Positions 11,930 to 26,130 of a DNA stretch of 64,000 nucleotides are shown here, in pieces. The stretch comes from Camelus ferus. Lineage: Eukaryota. The first letter of the stretch is position 1. Each line of letters opens with the position of its first letter. A program made the translations under genes and the position numbers. Location: contig NC_045696.1 in the NCBI RefSeq assembly GCF_009834535.1, forward strand, positions 86,554,001 through 86,618,000. Reading direction: 5' to 3'. The notes under the pieces were generated by a model. The model made no database searches. It had not been told where the DNA came from and was given only the letters and a program-made list of their open reading frames with translations.

Positions 11930-13700
11930 AAATAATGATGAATTTTGAAGTAACAGACAAATCATTGCATAAAATAGAAAATTCACATGCGCATTCCAAT
12001 ATAAAGGAATATTTAGCATTTGATAAAGTGGCAGCTCAAATCATTCAAGAAAAATTGACTCTAAGAAATGGTTTTAGAAAAATGATAGAGCCAATTGGGA
12101 AAAATTAAAACTAAATCTATATTTCACACTATACATCAAAAAGATTTAAATATATTAGAAATCTAAATATAAAAAATAAAATTATACAATTGCTAGTAAA
12201 AAACTTCAGGTAATGACTTTCTGAATATGATTCAAATTTTCGATGCATTAAAGGAAAATAGTGATAATCATGACTAAACTAAAATAACAATTTTTTACAA
12301 TAATAAATTTGACAAGAAACATGAAGAATCAAAAGGCAGATTATAAAGTGGAATACACTATTTATAACAGATCACAGACAAAGGGTTAATATGCTTAAAG
12401 TCTTGAAAATTTGGCAAAAAGAAAAACCTGTCACAAAATGAGTCTAAAACATAAATAAAGATGATCAGATTCAACCATAAGTTAAATGTGAAATAAAATA
12501 CTAACACAGAGATTTTATTTCTCACCAGTTGGGAAAAATTCAAAAGTTTGACAAGATATACTTTCGCTAGACTGTAGGTAAAGGACATTCATATGCATTA
12601 TTGAGGAGATAATACATATGCATTATTGGGGAGAAAAAGATACAAACTCGAAATTTTTTTTTAAATAAGAATAAACCAGAGAGTGATTTCCAGTACACAT
12701 TGTTAAGTGAAGAAGCTAATGGAAAAGGTTGTTTACAGTAAGCCCTCATTTGTGTAAAAATAAATAAAAAAATAAATAAACAAAAAGGGAGTGTGGAAGT
12801 TTTAAAAAAATGTATGCATTTACTTATATTTGTATAATAAGAATAATCAGAAATGAATGAAAATATTTACCTACCAGGGTTTATGGGGCTAGCTTAGGAG
12901 ATAAGAAAAGAGATACTGCTTAAAGTATACCTTCTAATACAGTTTTGACTTTAGGAATCATAACATAGTTTACATAAAATGTTAATCAACAAGGATGGGG
13001 GAAAAAGAGAAAACCTCATATTGAATATAAAAATAAAAACATTTGAATATAATTTCACATAAAATTTTAATATAACCACAGAGTTTTAAAAAAGAAGCAA
13101 TTAAGGTAATTAAGTAACTTTCTAACGTAGTATTTTAACTATATAGCCCTAGCAGAATATATCTTGAGGGGAAAAGAAAAAGTGATGCAAAGATATTTTG
13201 CACTTTAGTTAGTAAGTTTGTTTTGGTAGTAGTAGTAAAGCAATTTTGAAACTACTTCCTACTTATTACAGAATTGAACATATGAGTAATACATTGCTAT
13301 CTGGTACAATCAGATGTTTCACTACAGGAAAAATGAGATAGAAATATAAAATGGAAAATAGACCCTAAAAGCTTTTATTTTTGGATTAGAATAAGAAATA
13401 TCATTATTAACATACAATGACTCAGATGATATAATCCATATCCTAATAGCAATAAAAAAATCTAGCATTAATAGTGGCAGATTCCGGACTGGTATGGGGT
13501 GGTATATGGGGAACATGGAAAATTTACTTGCGCCAGTAAGTTTAGTGATATAAAAGATGGGGAGATAGCTACAATACACAGAAACTAGCCTTCAGTGTTT
13601 CCCATTGGCCAAAATTCCTAGATATGGGTGAAGCTTGTATGGAATGTTCATTTTATTTTTCATGAAAATTTATGTGTCTGAAATTTTACAAAATAAAAAC
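11930..13700 (+). mobile_element. Old L1M (L1MC4-like) ORF2 end and 3' UTR
   Basis: Degenerate ORF2 C-terminal DNA (tttgataaagtggcag..aaatggttttagaaaaatg..tttcacactatacatcaaaa) followed by L1MC-type 3' UTR ending aaattttacaaaataaaaa. Confidence 0.7.
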
Positions 13701-13956
13701 ACTGAAAACTAAGAATCCTTAATAAGTGCATTAAGATAATTCACATTTACCTATCTGTACCTTGTAAAAATATATGCTATTTCCACATTACTCTCTTACA
13801 TATTTATCCAGTTTCATTTTTGTATATTCATGCTCACATCTCATATTTTGCTGAAGTTTTCTCAGCCATTAATGAGTTATCTGAAGCATATTTTCTGGTA
13901 TATTAGTGGGAAAGGGCTCATAACTAGAACTCTAAGTTACGTGTGTGTGTGCGTGT

Positions 13957-14932
13957 GTAAAGACTTTCTGCAGAGTAATATTAGATTCACAACAAAACTC
14001 AGAGGGAGATACAGATTTCCCATACATACCCTGCCCCTACACATGCATAGCCTCCCCAATCATCAACATCATTCACCCCCAGAATGGTACATTTGTTGAG
14101 CCTACATTGATACATCAAAATCACACAAAGTCCATAGTTTAACTTAGGGTTCACTCTTGGTGTAGTACATTCTATGGGTTTGGACAAATGCGTAATGACA
14201 TGTATCCATCATTATAGCACCATATAGAGTATTTTAATTGTCCTTAAGAACCTCAGTGTTTCACCTACTCACGCCATCCCTTTTCTATGCCTGGCAACTA
14301 TGAAATTTTTACTGTCACTTATGTTTTGCTGTTTTCAGAATGTCATATGGTTGGAATCATACAATATGTAGCCTTTTCAGATTGGCTCCTTTCACTTAGC
14401 AATATGTATTTAAGTTTCCTCCATTCTTTTCATGATTGGTTCGTTAGCTCATTTTCTTTTCAGTGTTGAATAATATTCCATTATCTGAATGTGTCATTGT
14501 GTATTTATTCACCTACTGAAGTATATATTGGTTACTTCTACATTTTGGCAATTTATAGCAAATAAAGTTGCTATAAATATCCATATTCAAGTTTCCATGT
14601 GGATATAAATTTCCATCTCCTCTGTGCTAACACCAAGGAGTGTAATTGCTGGATCATATAATAAAAGCATGTTTACTTTTTAAGAAACTACGAAACTATC
14701 TTCCAAAGTGGCTGTACCATTTTCATTCCATCAGCAATGTATGAGAGTTCCTGTAGTTCCACATCCCTGTCAGCATTTGGCTTTGTCAGTGTTCTAGATT
14801 TGGCCATTCAAATAGGTATGTAGTGGTATTTCATTGTAGTTTTAATTTGCATTTCCCCAATGATACATAATATGGAGCATCTTTGCATATGATTTTTTGC
14901 ATCTTTGATGAGGTGTCTGTTAAGGTCTTCAG
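13957..14932 (-). mobile_element. L1MC1-like 3' end and ORF2 C-terminus
   Basis: ccagaatggtacatttgtt...aaagtccatagtttaacttagggttcactcttggtgtagtacattctatgggtttggacaaatg; ttccaaagtggctgtaccattt. Confidence 0.85.
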
Positions 14933-15109
14933 CAAATTTTAAAAACAGAGCTACCATATGATCCAGTAACCCCACTCCCAGGTATATATCCAGAAAAGTG
15001 AAAACTTTAATTAAAAAGACACATGCACCCAATGCAGCACTACCTACAACAGCAAAGATATAGAAACAATCCAAGAACCCATCAACAGACAATTGGCTCA
15101 AGAAGAAGT

Positions 15110-15159
<50 letters not shown>

Positions 15160-15663
15160 CATATATATATATATATATACACACACAAAATGAAATATAT
15201 ATATATATACATACACACACAATGGAATATTATTAATCCATAAAAAGAATGAAATATTACCATTTGCAGCAACATGGATGTATCTAGAGAATATTATACT
15301 TAGGAAACTAAATCAGAGAAAGTAAAATACTATACGATATTATTTACATGTGGAATCTAAAGAATAATACAAATTGAATCTATATGCAAAACAGAAACAG
15401 ACTCACAGATACAGAAAACAAACTTACGGTTATCAAAGCATAGAGGGAAGTGGGGAGGAACAAATTAGGAATGTGGGATTAACAGATACAAATTACTATA
15501 CATAAAATATTAAGCAACAATGATTTATGGTATAGCATAGGGAATTATACTCAAAATCTTGTAATAACCTGGAATATAATCAGAAAAAAAACTGAATCAC
15601 TATGCTATATACCTGAAACTAACACAATACTATAAATCAACTACACTTCAATTTTTTTAAAAA
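14933..15663 (+). mobile_element. 5'-truncated L1 (ORF2 end and 3' UTR) containing an expanded TA/CA microsatellite
   Basis: gagctaccatatgatccag, ccatttgcagcaacatggatg, 3' end aatcaactacacttcaatt. Confidence 0.9.
15112..15221. repeat. (TA)n/(CA)n compound microsatellite
   Basis: Read directly from the sequence. Confidence 0.95.
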
Positions 15664-15684
15664 GACTGCAACAGAAGAATGTAG

Positions 15685-15790
15685 CCTATCCCAGTGAATA
15701 GTTCATGTGAACTGGAGAGAATATGTATTCTGCTATTTTTAGATGAAATAGTATATAGATATCAATTACTCTTAGTTGATTAATACAGCT
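15685..15790 (-). mobile_element. L1 ORF2 endonuclease-region fragment
   Basis: Minus-strand peptide IDIYILFHLKIAEYIFSPVH resembles L1 EN (compare [21 protein letters not shown] in the first L1). Confidence 0.7.
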
Positions 15791-15799
15791 ATATAGGGA

Positions 15800-17900
15800 C
15801 CTAATCAATCTGGGTTTATTCCAGTAATGGGAGAATGGCTTAACATAAAAATATTTTATAAGTTTCATTTGGTTCTTCAACAGATAAATGAAAAGAAATG
15901 CAATCACTTCCAAATTATGGAGAAAAGTTACTTGCTAAAATTTATCCCAGAAAATATTTGGGAAATGAGAAATAAAACTTATCAATGTGATAAAGGGTAA
16001 CTTTACAACAAATCCATAGCAAATATCATTTTTATGACTGGTGTTATTGTGTACACAAGAAATTGACACAACATTGTAAACAGTATACTTCAATTAAAAA
16101 AAATATATATATATATAATAAAGGTGGACTAGTAGAAGTATTCCCTTTGAAATTAGGAGCAAGATTTGTATTTGCGATTGTACAGAGGGAACTAGCCAAT
16201 TCTATACAAGAATAAACTCTACAAGGACTAGAAAGGAAGAATCAGAAAGGCCAGTATTCTCTGATTATATCATTGTATAAGCAAGCTAAATAATCTAAAG
16301 ATTAATATACAAATGAAATTGTAATTACTACTCAAAACAGTAAAATTTTTAATTTAAAATGACGATATTTATAAAAAATCTTATAAATATCAAAAGTTAA
16401 GATAAAGTTTTTAATATATAAAAATTGTATACATCCTTATTAGAAAAATTAAAGTATGATTAAAATCAGTAAAAAAAGGGCTTAATAATAAGTGACATAC
16501 ATTATTTATGGATTTTTATTTCACATGAATTATACATTGATTCATTATGATTAAAAACCACTCAAATTCAACAGATTTTTAAAAAAAGAATATTAACAAT
16601 GAATCTTTAAATGTGTATGAAAAGTGAAAAGAGCCAAGACTAAATGAGTAGTTCTGGGAAAAACAATACTTTGCTGGAGATGGAGACAGACCATTTGTAC
16701 TTGTTATTAATATCATAGACTAAAAGTAATTAAGACCATGTGGTGTTAACCCAAGGGTAGACAATTAACCAATGGAACTAATAACACAGAAACAAAACCC
16801 AGAAGATTTGTTTATGATTAATATGGCAATGCAGATCACTGGGAAAAGAGAGACTAATCAATACATTCTCTGAGACAACTGATTACCCAAAGGGAAAAGT
16901 AAAACTGTAGATCTACCTCACACTGTACAGAAAAATCAACTTTCAATTGATTAAGCAATTATAAGTAAAAGGCAAATTAAAAAAATATATAACACATCTT
17001 TAAAACAAGTGTATAGGGAAGGGAGTTTTTTAAAGACAATGAAATCCCTAATCATAAATGAAGTCTGAATTATTCAAACTAACTGAAATGAAAAACCAAT
17101 TTTAATTAAAACATACATTAAAGAGAATGAAAAGATAACCCACATGCTGAAAGAAGTTATCTGCAGCATATACAGCTAACATTAGTGCAGTATACAGAAC
17201 TTATTATAAGATTCTAACGTATCAGTAAATAAATAAAAGACAAACAGAAAAACAGGTAAATAATATGAACAGACATTTTACAAAGAGGACTAGAATAAAT
17301 AGTCACATGAAAAAGTGTTCAACTACATTGGTAATTATAAAAATGCAAATTTAAATCACAACTAGATAACATTATATATCCACTAGATTGGTCGAATTTA
17401 AGTCTGATAACAGTATATATTGGTGAAGTTGTGGGTCAACTTTTATACACTTCTAGTGGGGTATTAAAATGACATAACAACTTTAAAAATTGTAGTTACT
17501 GAAAGCATACCTCCAGCAATTCCATTTCTATTTATATCATCTGGGGAAACTATGCACACTTGCTTCAGGAGACATGCATAATAATGCTTATAACATCAAA
17601 TATGAAGAAAAAGTTAATTAAGTAGTAAATTAATAAATACTATATATAAGTAAAATTGGGTAGACAAATAGATTTATGGTAGTATATCATCAAATCAAAA
17701 TGTCCAAGGTAAAAATTCAAGCCACAAAAGACTACATAAATTATGAAAAAAATTTTAAAACAAGCAAACAAAACAATAAATGGCACAATGATATAATCAC
17801 AGGTTATTTTATAAGCTATTATAGAAAAACAAAATAATAAAAAACATAAAATTCAGTATATACTAGAACTCAGCAAGGTCAGGAAAATGGAAGTGTGGGT
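15800..17900 (+). mobile_element. Old, heavily decayed L1M ORF2 (RT to 3' UTR) with internal deletions
   Basis: aatctgggtttattccagtaatgggagaatggcttaacat (DQVGFIPG region), accaatggaactaata (DQWN region), aaatgcaaatttaaatcacaac. Confidence 0.75.
16035..16118 (+). mobile_element. Very short L1 3' terminal insertion (~70 bp plus A/TA tail) nested in the older L1
   Basis: atgactggtgttattgtgtacacaagaaattgacacaacattgtaaacagtatacttcaattaaaaaaaa matches the extreme 3' end of the lineage L1. Confidence 0.8.
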
Positions 17901-18097
17901 TCAAGTTTATTTGTAGGGTTACCCTTTTTAATTTTAATAGTTCTTTCATGTGTTCCATTTTTGTTCCTTTTGTACTTCATGCTACACTCCACAATTTACA
18001 AATGTTACCATTTTCTTTTGAATGTATTAATAGAACCAAGTAAATGCCTATGAAATTTTAAATTTCAGCATACTTCTTGTCTTTAAAGGTCTTCAGG

Positions 18098-18768
18098 TGC
18101 TTGGAAACAAGTAGCTGGACAACAAGTAGCTAGAAAAGAAGCCACTCCTAAATTTCCAAGAGCTTAAAATATTATATTCACACTTGCTTGCTTAAAATGC
18201 ACATGCTTGCTTTGTTTTAATGTTTTGCGCAGTAGATGATCTATAGTACATATTATGCTGAAGAAAATTTGTGGTGAGCAATCCTGACATTGACCATAAG
18301 GGCACGAAGGAGGCAGATACTTCCTTAGGGTGAAACAATGGATGGTCTTGTAAAGCCAGATCATCCATTAACAGAACTTTGTTGTGGCATGAAAGCATGC
18401 TGTTGAACCCAGAGGAAGTACTTGCTATCTTGAGATGTCCTGGAGGCAATGACAGGATAGACTCAGAAATTTTGCATACCCCCAGGAGGGCGATTGTTCC
18501 TGGAAGGGATGGGCCTGAAATTAATCAGTTAACCAGCAAGCAGAACTTAGTGCTTATCGCATGCAATATCTAAAGCCCCACCTCTTTGAATGCATTTTTT
18601 TCTGAGCTGTATACTCCTAATAAATATGATATCAACAGGCTTTCGGGGCTTTAGATCCACGAGATCTTGAGTCCCCTGGTCCCATCTTCGCTCTTTACTT
18701 TGTCTCTGTTTCTTAAGTCTTGGGTTGACCATCCTCAGACATGATCCCGAGCTGCGCTGGACACAGCA
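18098..18768 (+). mobile_element. Solo LTR, 671 bp, with 6-bp TSD (class II/betaretrovirus-like by TSD length)
   Basis: Termini TGCT...AGCA; exact TSD TTCAGG at 18092-18097 and 18769-18774; AATAAA at ~18619-18624; GC/CpG-richer than the flanks. Confidence 0.88.
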
Positions 18769-19445
18769 TTCAGGCCCATTAGAAAGGATCAGACAAATAT
18801 GTAAAAGCCTATAGTGCATAGTAAAAAGTAAAACGCCATAAAAGAGTAGCAAAGATTTTCCTGTGAAATGTCAGGAAAAGGGAAGGTAATATCAACCAGA
18901 ATTTCATTTTGGAAGAGGTTGGGATATCACAGGTATCCTGAATAATACATATGATTTGTATATTTGAAGTGGCGTTGTCAAATGAACGTGTTGCAGTTGC
19001 AGGAGTGTCTTAAGGAGGATTTTCAGCTTATAAATCATTTATTGGACTATGCTGTAGAAGTGTTGTAATTTAAAAAGGTATAGAATTAATAAAATTGGAA
19101 ATTGATTGCATATTTTTATGGGAACTTTTATCTTGAAAAAAGTCTGTTTTCCTTTAGTTCATCTTTTAAAAAATTATTTCCATAAAGATGCTGGGAAAAT
19201 CTATGCAGAAGAATAATTTAGTGAAAATTAACTGAATTTTTCAAAAATTATTATAGAATCAGATTTGTTTCATTCTTCCAAAGGATTTTCCTCTTTCAGA
19301 AATGTATTTTTAAAACCACCAAACTCTATTTCTTTATTATTGCTATCTCTTCATTATTGGATTCACATTTGTTACGTCCTTTGAAATACTGTCTTTAGCC
19401 TCTTTACCACTAGCTCAAGAAATAGCAGACATCTGTCCATCACTT

Positions 19446-21647
19446 ACATGTACTTTTTTTTTTTAAGGTTCATTTTTTTAACTGAAGTATAGTCTGTTTA
19501 CAATGTTGTATCAATTTCTGATATACAGCATAATGCTTCAGTCATACATGAATATACATACATTCTTTTTCATATTCTTTTTCACCATAGTTTACTACAA
19601 GATATTAAATATAATTCCCTGTTCTATACAGTATGAACTTATTGTTTACCTGTTTTATATATATATATATTAGTATCTGCAAATCTCCTACTCCCAATTT
19701 ATCCCTTCCCATTCCTTTCCTCCTTCCCATCCCTTTCTCCCCTGGTAATCATAAGTTTGTTTCCTATGTTTTTAAGTCTGTTTCTCTTTCATAAATAAGT
19801 TTGTTTATCCTTTTTTTTTTTTTTTTAGATTCCACATATAAGTGATATCATATGGTATTTTTCTTTCTCCTTCTGGCTTACTTCACTTAGAATGACAATC
19901 TCCAGGTCCATCCCTGTTGCTGCAAATGGCTTTATTTGATTCTTTTTTATGGCTGAGTAGTATTCCATTGTATAAATATATCATAACTTCTTTATCTAGT
20001 TATCTGTCCATGGACATTTAGGTTGCTTCCATGTCTTGCTATTGTAAATAGCACTGCTATGAACATTGGGGTGCATGCATCTTTTTGAATTAAGGTTCCC
20101 TCTGGATATATGCCCAGGAGTGGGATTGCTGGATCACAGGGTAAGTCTATTTTTAGTCTTTTAAAGAATCTCCCTACTGTTTTCAATAATGGCTGCATCA
20201 AACTACATTCTCACCAACAGTGTATGAGGGTTCCCTTTTCTCCACACCTCTCCAGCATTTTTATTGAAAGTCCTAGCCATAGCAATTAGACAAGAAAGAG
20301 AAATAAAAGAGATCCAAATTGGAAGAGAGAGGTTAAATTGTCACTATATGCAGATGAAATATAACTATATATAAAAAACCCTAAAGGCTCCACACAAAAA
20401 CTACTGGACCTGATAAAAGAATTTGGCAAGGAGCAGGATACAAGATTAACACACAGAAATAAGTTGCATTTCTTTACACTAATAATGAAATACCAGAAAA
20501 GGAATGTAAAGAAACAATCCCTTTTAAAATCACATCCAAAAAAATAAAATACACAGCAATAAATCTGACTAAGGAAGTAAAAAACTTATACATGGAGAAC
20601 TACAAAACACTGACTAAGGAAATTAAAGATGACTTACAGAAAGGGAAAGACATTCCATATTCTTGGATTGGAATAATTAGTATTGTTAAAATAGCCATAA
20701 TACCCAAAGAAATTTACAGACTTAATGTGATTCCTTTCAATTTACCTAGGGACATTTTTCACAGAACTAGAACAAATAATCCTAAAACTTATATGCAATC
20801 ACAAAAGATCTAGAATTGCCAAAGCAATATCAAAGAAAAAGAAGGAAGCTGGAGGAAAAACCCTCCCAGACTTCAGACAATACTACAGGGCTACAGTAAT
20901 CAAAACAGCATGATATTGATACAAAAACAGACATATGGATCAATGGAACAGAATAGAGAGCCCAGAAATAAGCCCACAGACTTTTGGTCAACTAATCTTT
21001 GACAAAGGAAGCAAGAATACACAATGGAGTAAAGAGAGTTTCTTCAGCAAATGATGTTAGGAAAACTGGACAGCTGCATGTAAATCAATGAAGTTAGAAC
21101 ACTCCTTCACACCTTACACAAAAATAAACTCAAAATGGCTTAAAGGCTTAAGTATAAGACAAGACATTATAAACCTTTTAGAAGAAAACATAGGCAAAAC
21201 ATTCTCTGACATAAATCTTAGCAATATTCAAATAGGGCAGTCTACCCAGGCAATACAAACAAAAGCAAAAATAAACAAATCGGACCTAATTGAACTTAAA
21301 AGCTTTTCCACAGCAAAGGAAACCATAAACAAAACAAAAAGATAACCTACAGCATGGGAGAAAATATTTGTAAAAGATGAGACTGACAAGGGCCTAATTT
21401 CCAGACTATATACAGGTCATACAACTGAATAATAAAAAAACCAAAAGACCCAATCCAAAAATAGCAGAAGACCTAAACAAGCAATTCTCCAATGAAGACA
21501 TACAAATGTCCAATAGGCACATTAAAAAATGCTTGATATCACTAATTATCAGAGAAATGCAAATCAAAACTATAATGAGGTATATCACCTCACATCAGTC
21601 ACAATGGCTATCATTCAGAAGTTTACAAATGATAAACACATGTACTT
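19446..21647 (-). mobile_element. Twin-primed (5'-inverted) L1 insertion
   Basis: Minus-strand 3' portion 19456-20260 with poly-T tail; plus-strand ORF2 portion ~20262-21636; the two parts are contiguous in L1 coordinates; TSD ACATGTACTT at 19446-19455 and 21638-21647. Confidence 0.93.
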
Positions 21648-23059
21648 CTCAGCTGTCAAATTCATTATCATTGGGTTAGTATAAAGTAATCATAGTATAC
21701 TGCTATAGATATTTCTGTTAAGTGTTTTTGGAAAACTTTCTAGAAAACCTATACATTTTATTCACCAGATACCATTTATAAAAACAGGTCTTACTGAGAT
21801 TCAATTTGATGTATTTTCATCAATTGATTTCAAAAGGTTTCATGATAATCACACTCTGTTTTAGATTAATTATGGCCTATTATGTTTAAAAAAACAGATT
21901 GATGATATCATTATTCTCAAAGAATTTAAATGAAACTTCTCTGATAATGTTTTATATTTTGAATATTTATCTGGTAAATCTACTGAGTCAGCAAAACAAA
22001 TTTGGAAGGCAAAATTATTGAAAAAATGTTTTCTAGCCACATGTTCTATTTCTTTTGTGTAAATAGCATAACTCTCCAGTAAATAAATAACTTAATATCT
22101 TCAGATAAGCCTATATTTCTATAATGATAGAAATAGTCAGACTATAGCTTTAATTTTATGAAATCATACTAGTCATTCTGTTTCTTTTATATTTAAGCTC
22201 ATAAGCAGTTGATTTTCTGATAATTGCTAGAGAAGAATTTTGCCAACCACAACAAAATAATTTCATCATCAGTGGTGAAAACTTCATAGGAGCTAAGTTG
22301 TGTTTATAAATAACTTTCTCAGAAAAACCCAAACGTGCTTTATCAGATTCACGATGAGCTTTTTTCTCTCATTGATTTAAAACCTTTGAACGCCATGTCT
22401 CATTTTTGAAATGTCAGTTACTTATCAGATATAGTGTACCTCAGTAAACTGCCTATATTCATACCACTACTTTGCCCTTTCAAATAAATTTAATGATAGG
22501 TAGAAATCTCCTTTGCAATGTTCAGTGAGAATAATTCATTCAAAGTATGGTCTAGATTCTTCAATTAAGTGTGCTTGTGATGCTTCAATACTCTGCTGAT
22601 CCTTCAATGTTTTCCAAAATGTTCTTCTTAGGAAACACTACTACATATAACAATCTCCAGCTTTTTCTGTTAGTTAATTTTAGGACAAAGTTTTATAAGC
22701 TTATTTTTGTCTTGTCATAAAATAAATAGTTATATGCTCTGGTGCTTGTTATGTAGATCCACTTTAGAATAATTTGTTACCACATTATTGTCAAGAGAGT
22801 GAATATCTACTCAATCTTAAACCACATTCTCTTCTCTTAGACCACATTGCCCTCTGTAAATTTTATTTCAGTTGTCACCTTAGTGTTTACTGAGAGTTTG
22901 TTTTTGGGGAGTGATGGGGTTATGTTGTCCTTGCTCCTGTGCAGCTTATAGACTTTTAGAGTAAGACATTGATATCACTGGAACTACTATAATCTAAGTA
23001 TTTCTATTTCTGAGAGAAAAGTAATTGAAGATACCAATGGATTAAAGACTCACATCAAG

Positions 23060-23285
23060 CCTTATCTTTCTTTCATGTTCTGCCTTTTTTCTCCCAAAGT
23101 TTTTATCAACTTTACATATACTATACACTTTAACTTCTTACATTTAATGTTTATTGTCTGTCTCTTCTTGTTATCTGTCTGTTCCCTCATCGTAGAAAAA
23201 GTGATCTTTATTTACTTTGCTCATAGATGTATCCCAATCATCCAGATGAGTAGAGGTTAAACAAATGTGTGATGAATTAATGCAG
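23060..23285 (+). mobile_element. L2 3' end fragment
   Basis: gtttattgtctgtctc...tttgctcatagatgtatccca...aaatgtgtgatgaattaatg. Confidence 0.7.
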
Positions 23286-24639
23286 TAATGCATGGTGCAA
23301 AGAACTCTGGTCTCAGCTGATATATTGAGAACTTCATTATCTTAAATGTCATCAAAACCTATTAGAACATTTGAATATAGATCATGTACATACTTTGGAG
23401 GATAGATGGGAGAACATATTTCAAAGAAAAAAGTTCTTAGCATTTTTTTCTTAAATTAACTGAATAAAAATATTCTTATTAAAAGACATTATGATTTTAC
23501 TCTATCTTGCAAGTGGCATATCTATGCTTCTTAATTGTTCTCCTGTTATTTTTCAAAAAGTTCACTAAAATGCTGAGACACGTATTATTCGCCAAACTCA
23601 GAGACACATTCAGGGTAATCTTAAACATTCCCTCCACACTGAATAGAATGTTATACTCTTGGCAGATTTTATAGTTTTCAATTTTCCTTCCACAAGTCCT
23701 AAGTAATCTCCATTTCTCAAAACCTAATGTATTTCAATGTATGCCATGTGTAACTCAATTTCTCCTTCTTCAAAATTGCTGAAGTCTACTTAAATCCCAA
23801 TACCTTTGCAACTGCTGGAAATTTTTCTTCAATCTTGCTATCATTTTAAGCTCACAATTTTGACCTGAAAGGATAATATGCTTAGCCAAAATATGCTGTG
23901 ACTTCTGCCACTGTTGTAATTCTGCTTCAGAGTCTGTTTGCTCCTCTTTTTATTTCAACTTTAATGTTAACAGCTATATAAAGTACATAAGAGGTGATGT
24001 GGAAAGCCTTTTAAATTTCTATCTAACCACTCTCCACATACAGTCTTTGATAAAGCTTATCCCTTAATTCTTATGTTTTGAGTTTAGTTAGGAAAATAAG
24101 CCAAATAAAGGAAGAGTCCTGAGGGACAGGAACAACAAGAAATTTCAGATTTTCCCTGAATCATATACAAAACCCCCACAATTTTAATCCATCTATTAAA
24201 CAAAGTTATCATTTTAAATATATCTTAGTATGTATTTTGAATATTGATTTAGCCTGAAATTAAACTTTATTTTCACGATATGATTATTTAGGCAAAAGAA
24301 GAAAAATATTTTTTCTTATTTTGCTACCTGGTCCTTTCTGCTGTACTACTTTGAAGTACTCTTAATGAAAAGGATGAATACTTTGGGGAATATTCTATAC
24401 AGAATTAAGTCAAGTATTTATAACAGTAAATTATATAAAATATATAAAAAGTTAAGACTAAGTTATATTAAAAAAGTGACTAACCCCCATTGTATTGATG
24501 CTAATTTTCAATAGACTTGAATGAAAGCCAGATTTTCCAAGATACACAACTGTATGAACTGCAGTTTTCATTTGGTAATTTCACAGTTTTGAAGAAAGCA
24601 AGGGCACCTTTAATACACCCTACTCCTTAAAAAGCGTAA

Positions 24640-26130
24640 CACTCACCTCATTTCTGACTTGAATTATACTTCAAAGAAACATCAAGATCACTAGCCATAC
24701 GTTTTCCCTGTTTACAATTTTTAGGTATACCTCTGGCCACACTTTAAATTTTGCATTTCTGATTCACTTCGATTTAGGTGTGCCTCTTTTATACAGAGTA
24801 TAGATGTATTTTGCTTTGTGAATCTGATTGGAAATTTTTTTTTTTAATGACTTACGGAAATTTAAGTTTATTGATATGGCTGAAAAGTTTGGTCAATACT
24901 CCATCATACTATTTTATGATTATATATAATACACAATTTGTGCCTTGCTTTTTTGTGTACCAAATGTGTATTATTTTCTTTTTTATTAAAATAAATTGAT
25001 ATTTAAGAAGTTTGTAGTTTTGTTCAGTGGTTACCTTTGTAATTATACCTTAAGACCCTGAATTCTCTGTTTTGTTTTTAACTGGTTTGTCATTTTTAAA
25101 TATTACACTTCAAATCTCATCTATTTCTTATATAAAAATCAGTGAGATTATTCTACTACCTGTTTTTTCTCTCCATTATCCTCATTTTTTAGGTACATTA
25201 CATAACATGCATTTGTGCATTAGTTTTCCACTCTTATAATTATATTTTGTTTAGTCTGATATATGTTAATACATAAATGCTAAATGCTCACAATAATTCC
25301 TTTGCTAAAGTTTTCCTTGTCTTGTCTTATCTGAGTAAAGAATATCCTCTAGGAGATTCCTCAAGGAAGACTTATGGCTACAAAACTCCCTGTGCTCTAG
25401 TGTTTATCAGATGCTTCCACAGTCTTGATACTTGAAGTATAGCTTAGCTACCTATAAAGTAATTAAATAGTTACAATTTATTTCATTGATTTTTTGAAAA
25501 TCCTACTTGATTATTTATTGATTAATTTATATTAGACATTGGAAAAGTCTGACGTCATTCAAATTATTTTATCTTTGTACATTGTTTGACTTTTACCTAA
25601 AGGCCTGAGGATTTTTCTTTTTATCTTGAAATCTTCTATTTTCTTCTAGAATATATGTTAGAGATGATTGTTGTAGGATCATATTTCCAGGTAGCCTCTG
25701 GTTCCTTTCAATATCATGATTTAAGCCTTTTATTTCTGGAAATTTTTGTGGATTATAGTTTTAGGCATTAGTTTTGTTACATTGTTTAATTTTTGCTCCC
25801 TCACTCTGCTCACTCACCCAGGGACACAAGTTATTCAAATGTTATTCCTTTATGTTCTGCCTTTTTTCCTATCTTATTTTGGAAACATTTAACTCTTTTT
25901 TTTGTTGTTGTTGTTCTCATTTTATTCTCCTCTTTCTCTCTCTTTTACCTTTATCAAATACCCCTCATAAAATTTCTATTTCTGAGTTGCATTTTTCTTT
26001 CATTATTGTTTAAGTTCAATAAACTTCTATTGTGTGCACTTTGTCCATTTCTGTTCTGAGTTTTAAAACAATTTCTATTTATTTCTTCTGCTTTTGCAAT
26101 GTTTAGAAGAAATATTAGGAAGCTTAGTTG
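24640..26130 (-). mobile_element. Ancient HAL1/L1M ORF1-region fragment
   Basis: T-rich antisense ORF1-type DNA (gaaaagtctgacgtcattc, tcctttcaatatcatgatttaagccttttatttctggaaattttt); boundaries approximate. Confidence 0.55.

Noticed and set aside
14808..15275. 155-aa minus-strand ORF
   Set aside because: A chimera of two L1 fragments read through a TA microsatellite (YIYIYI)
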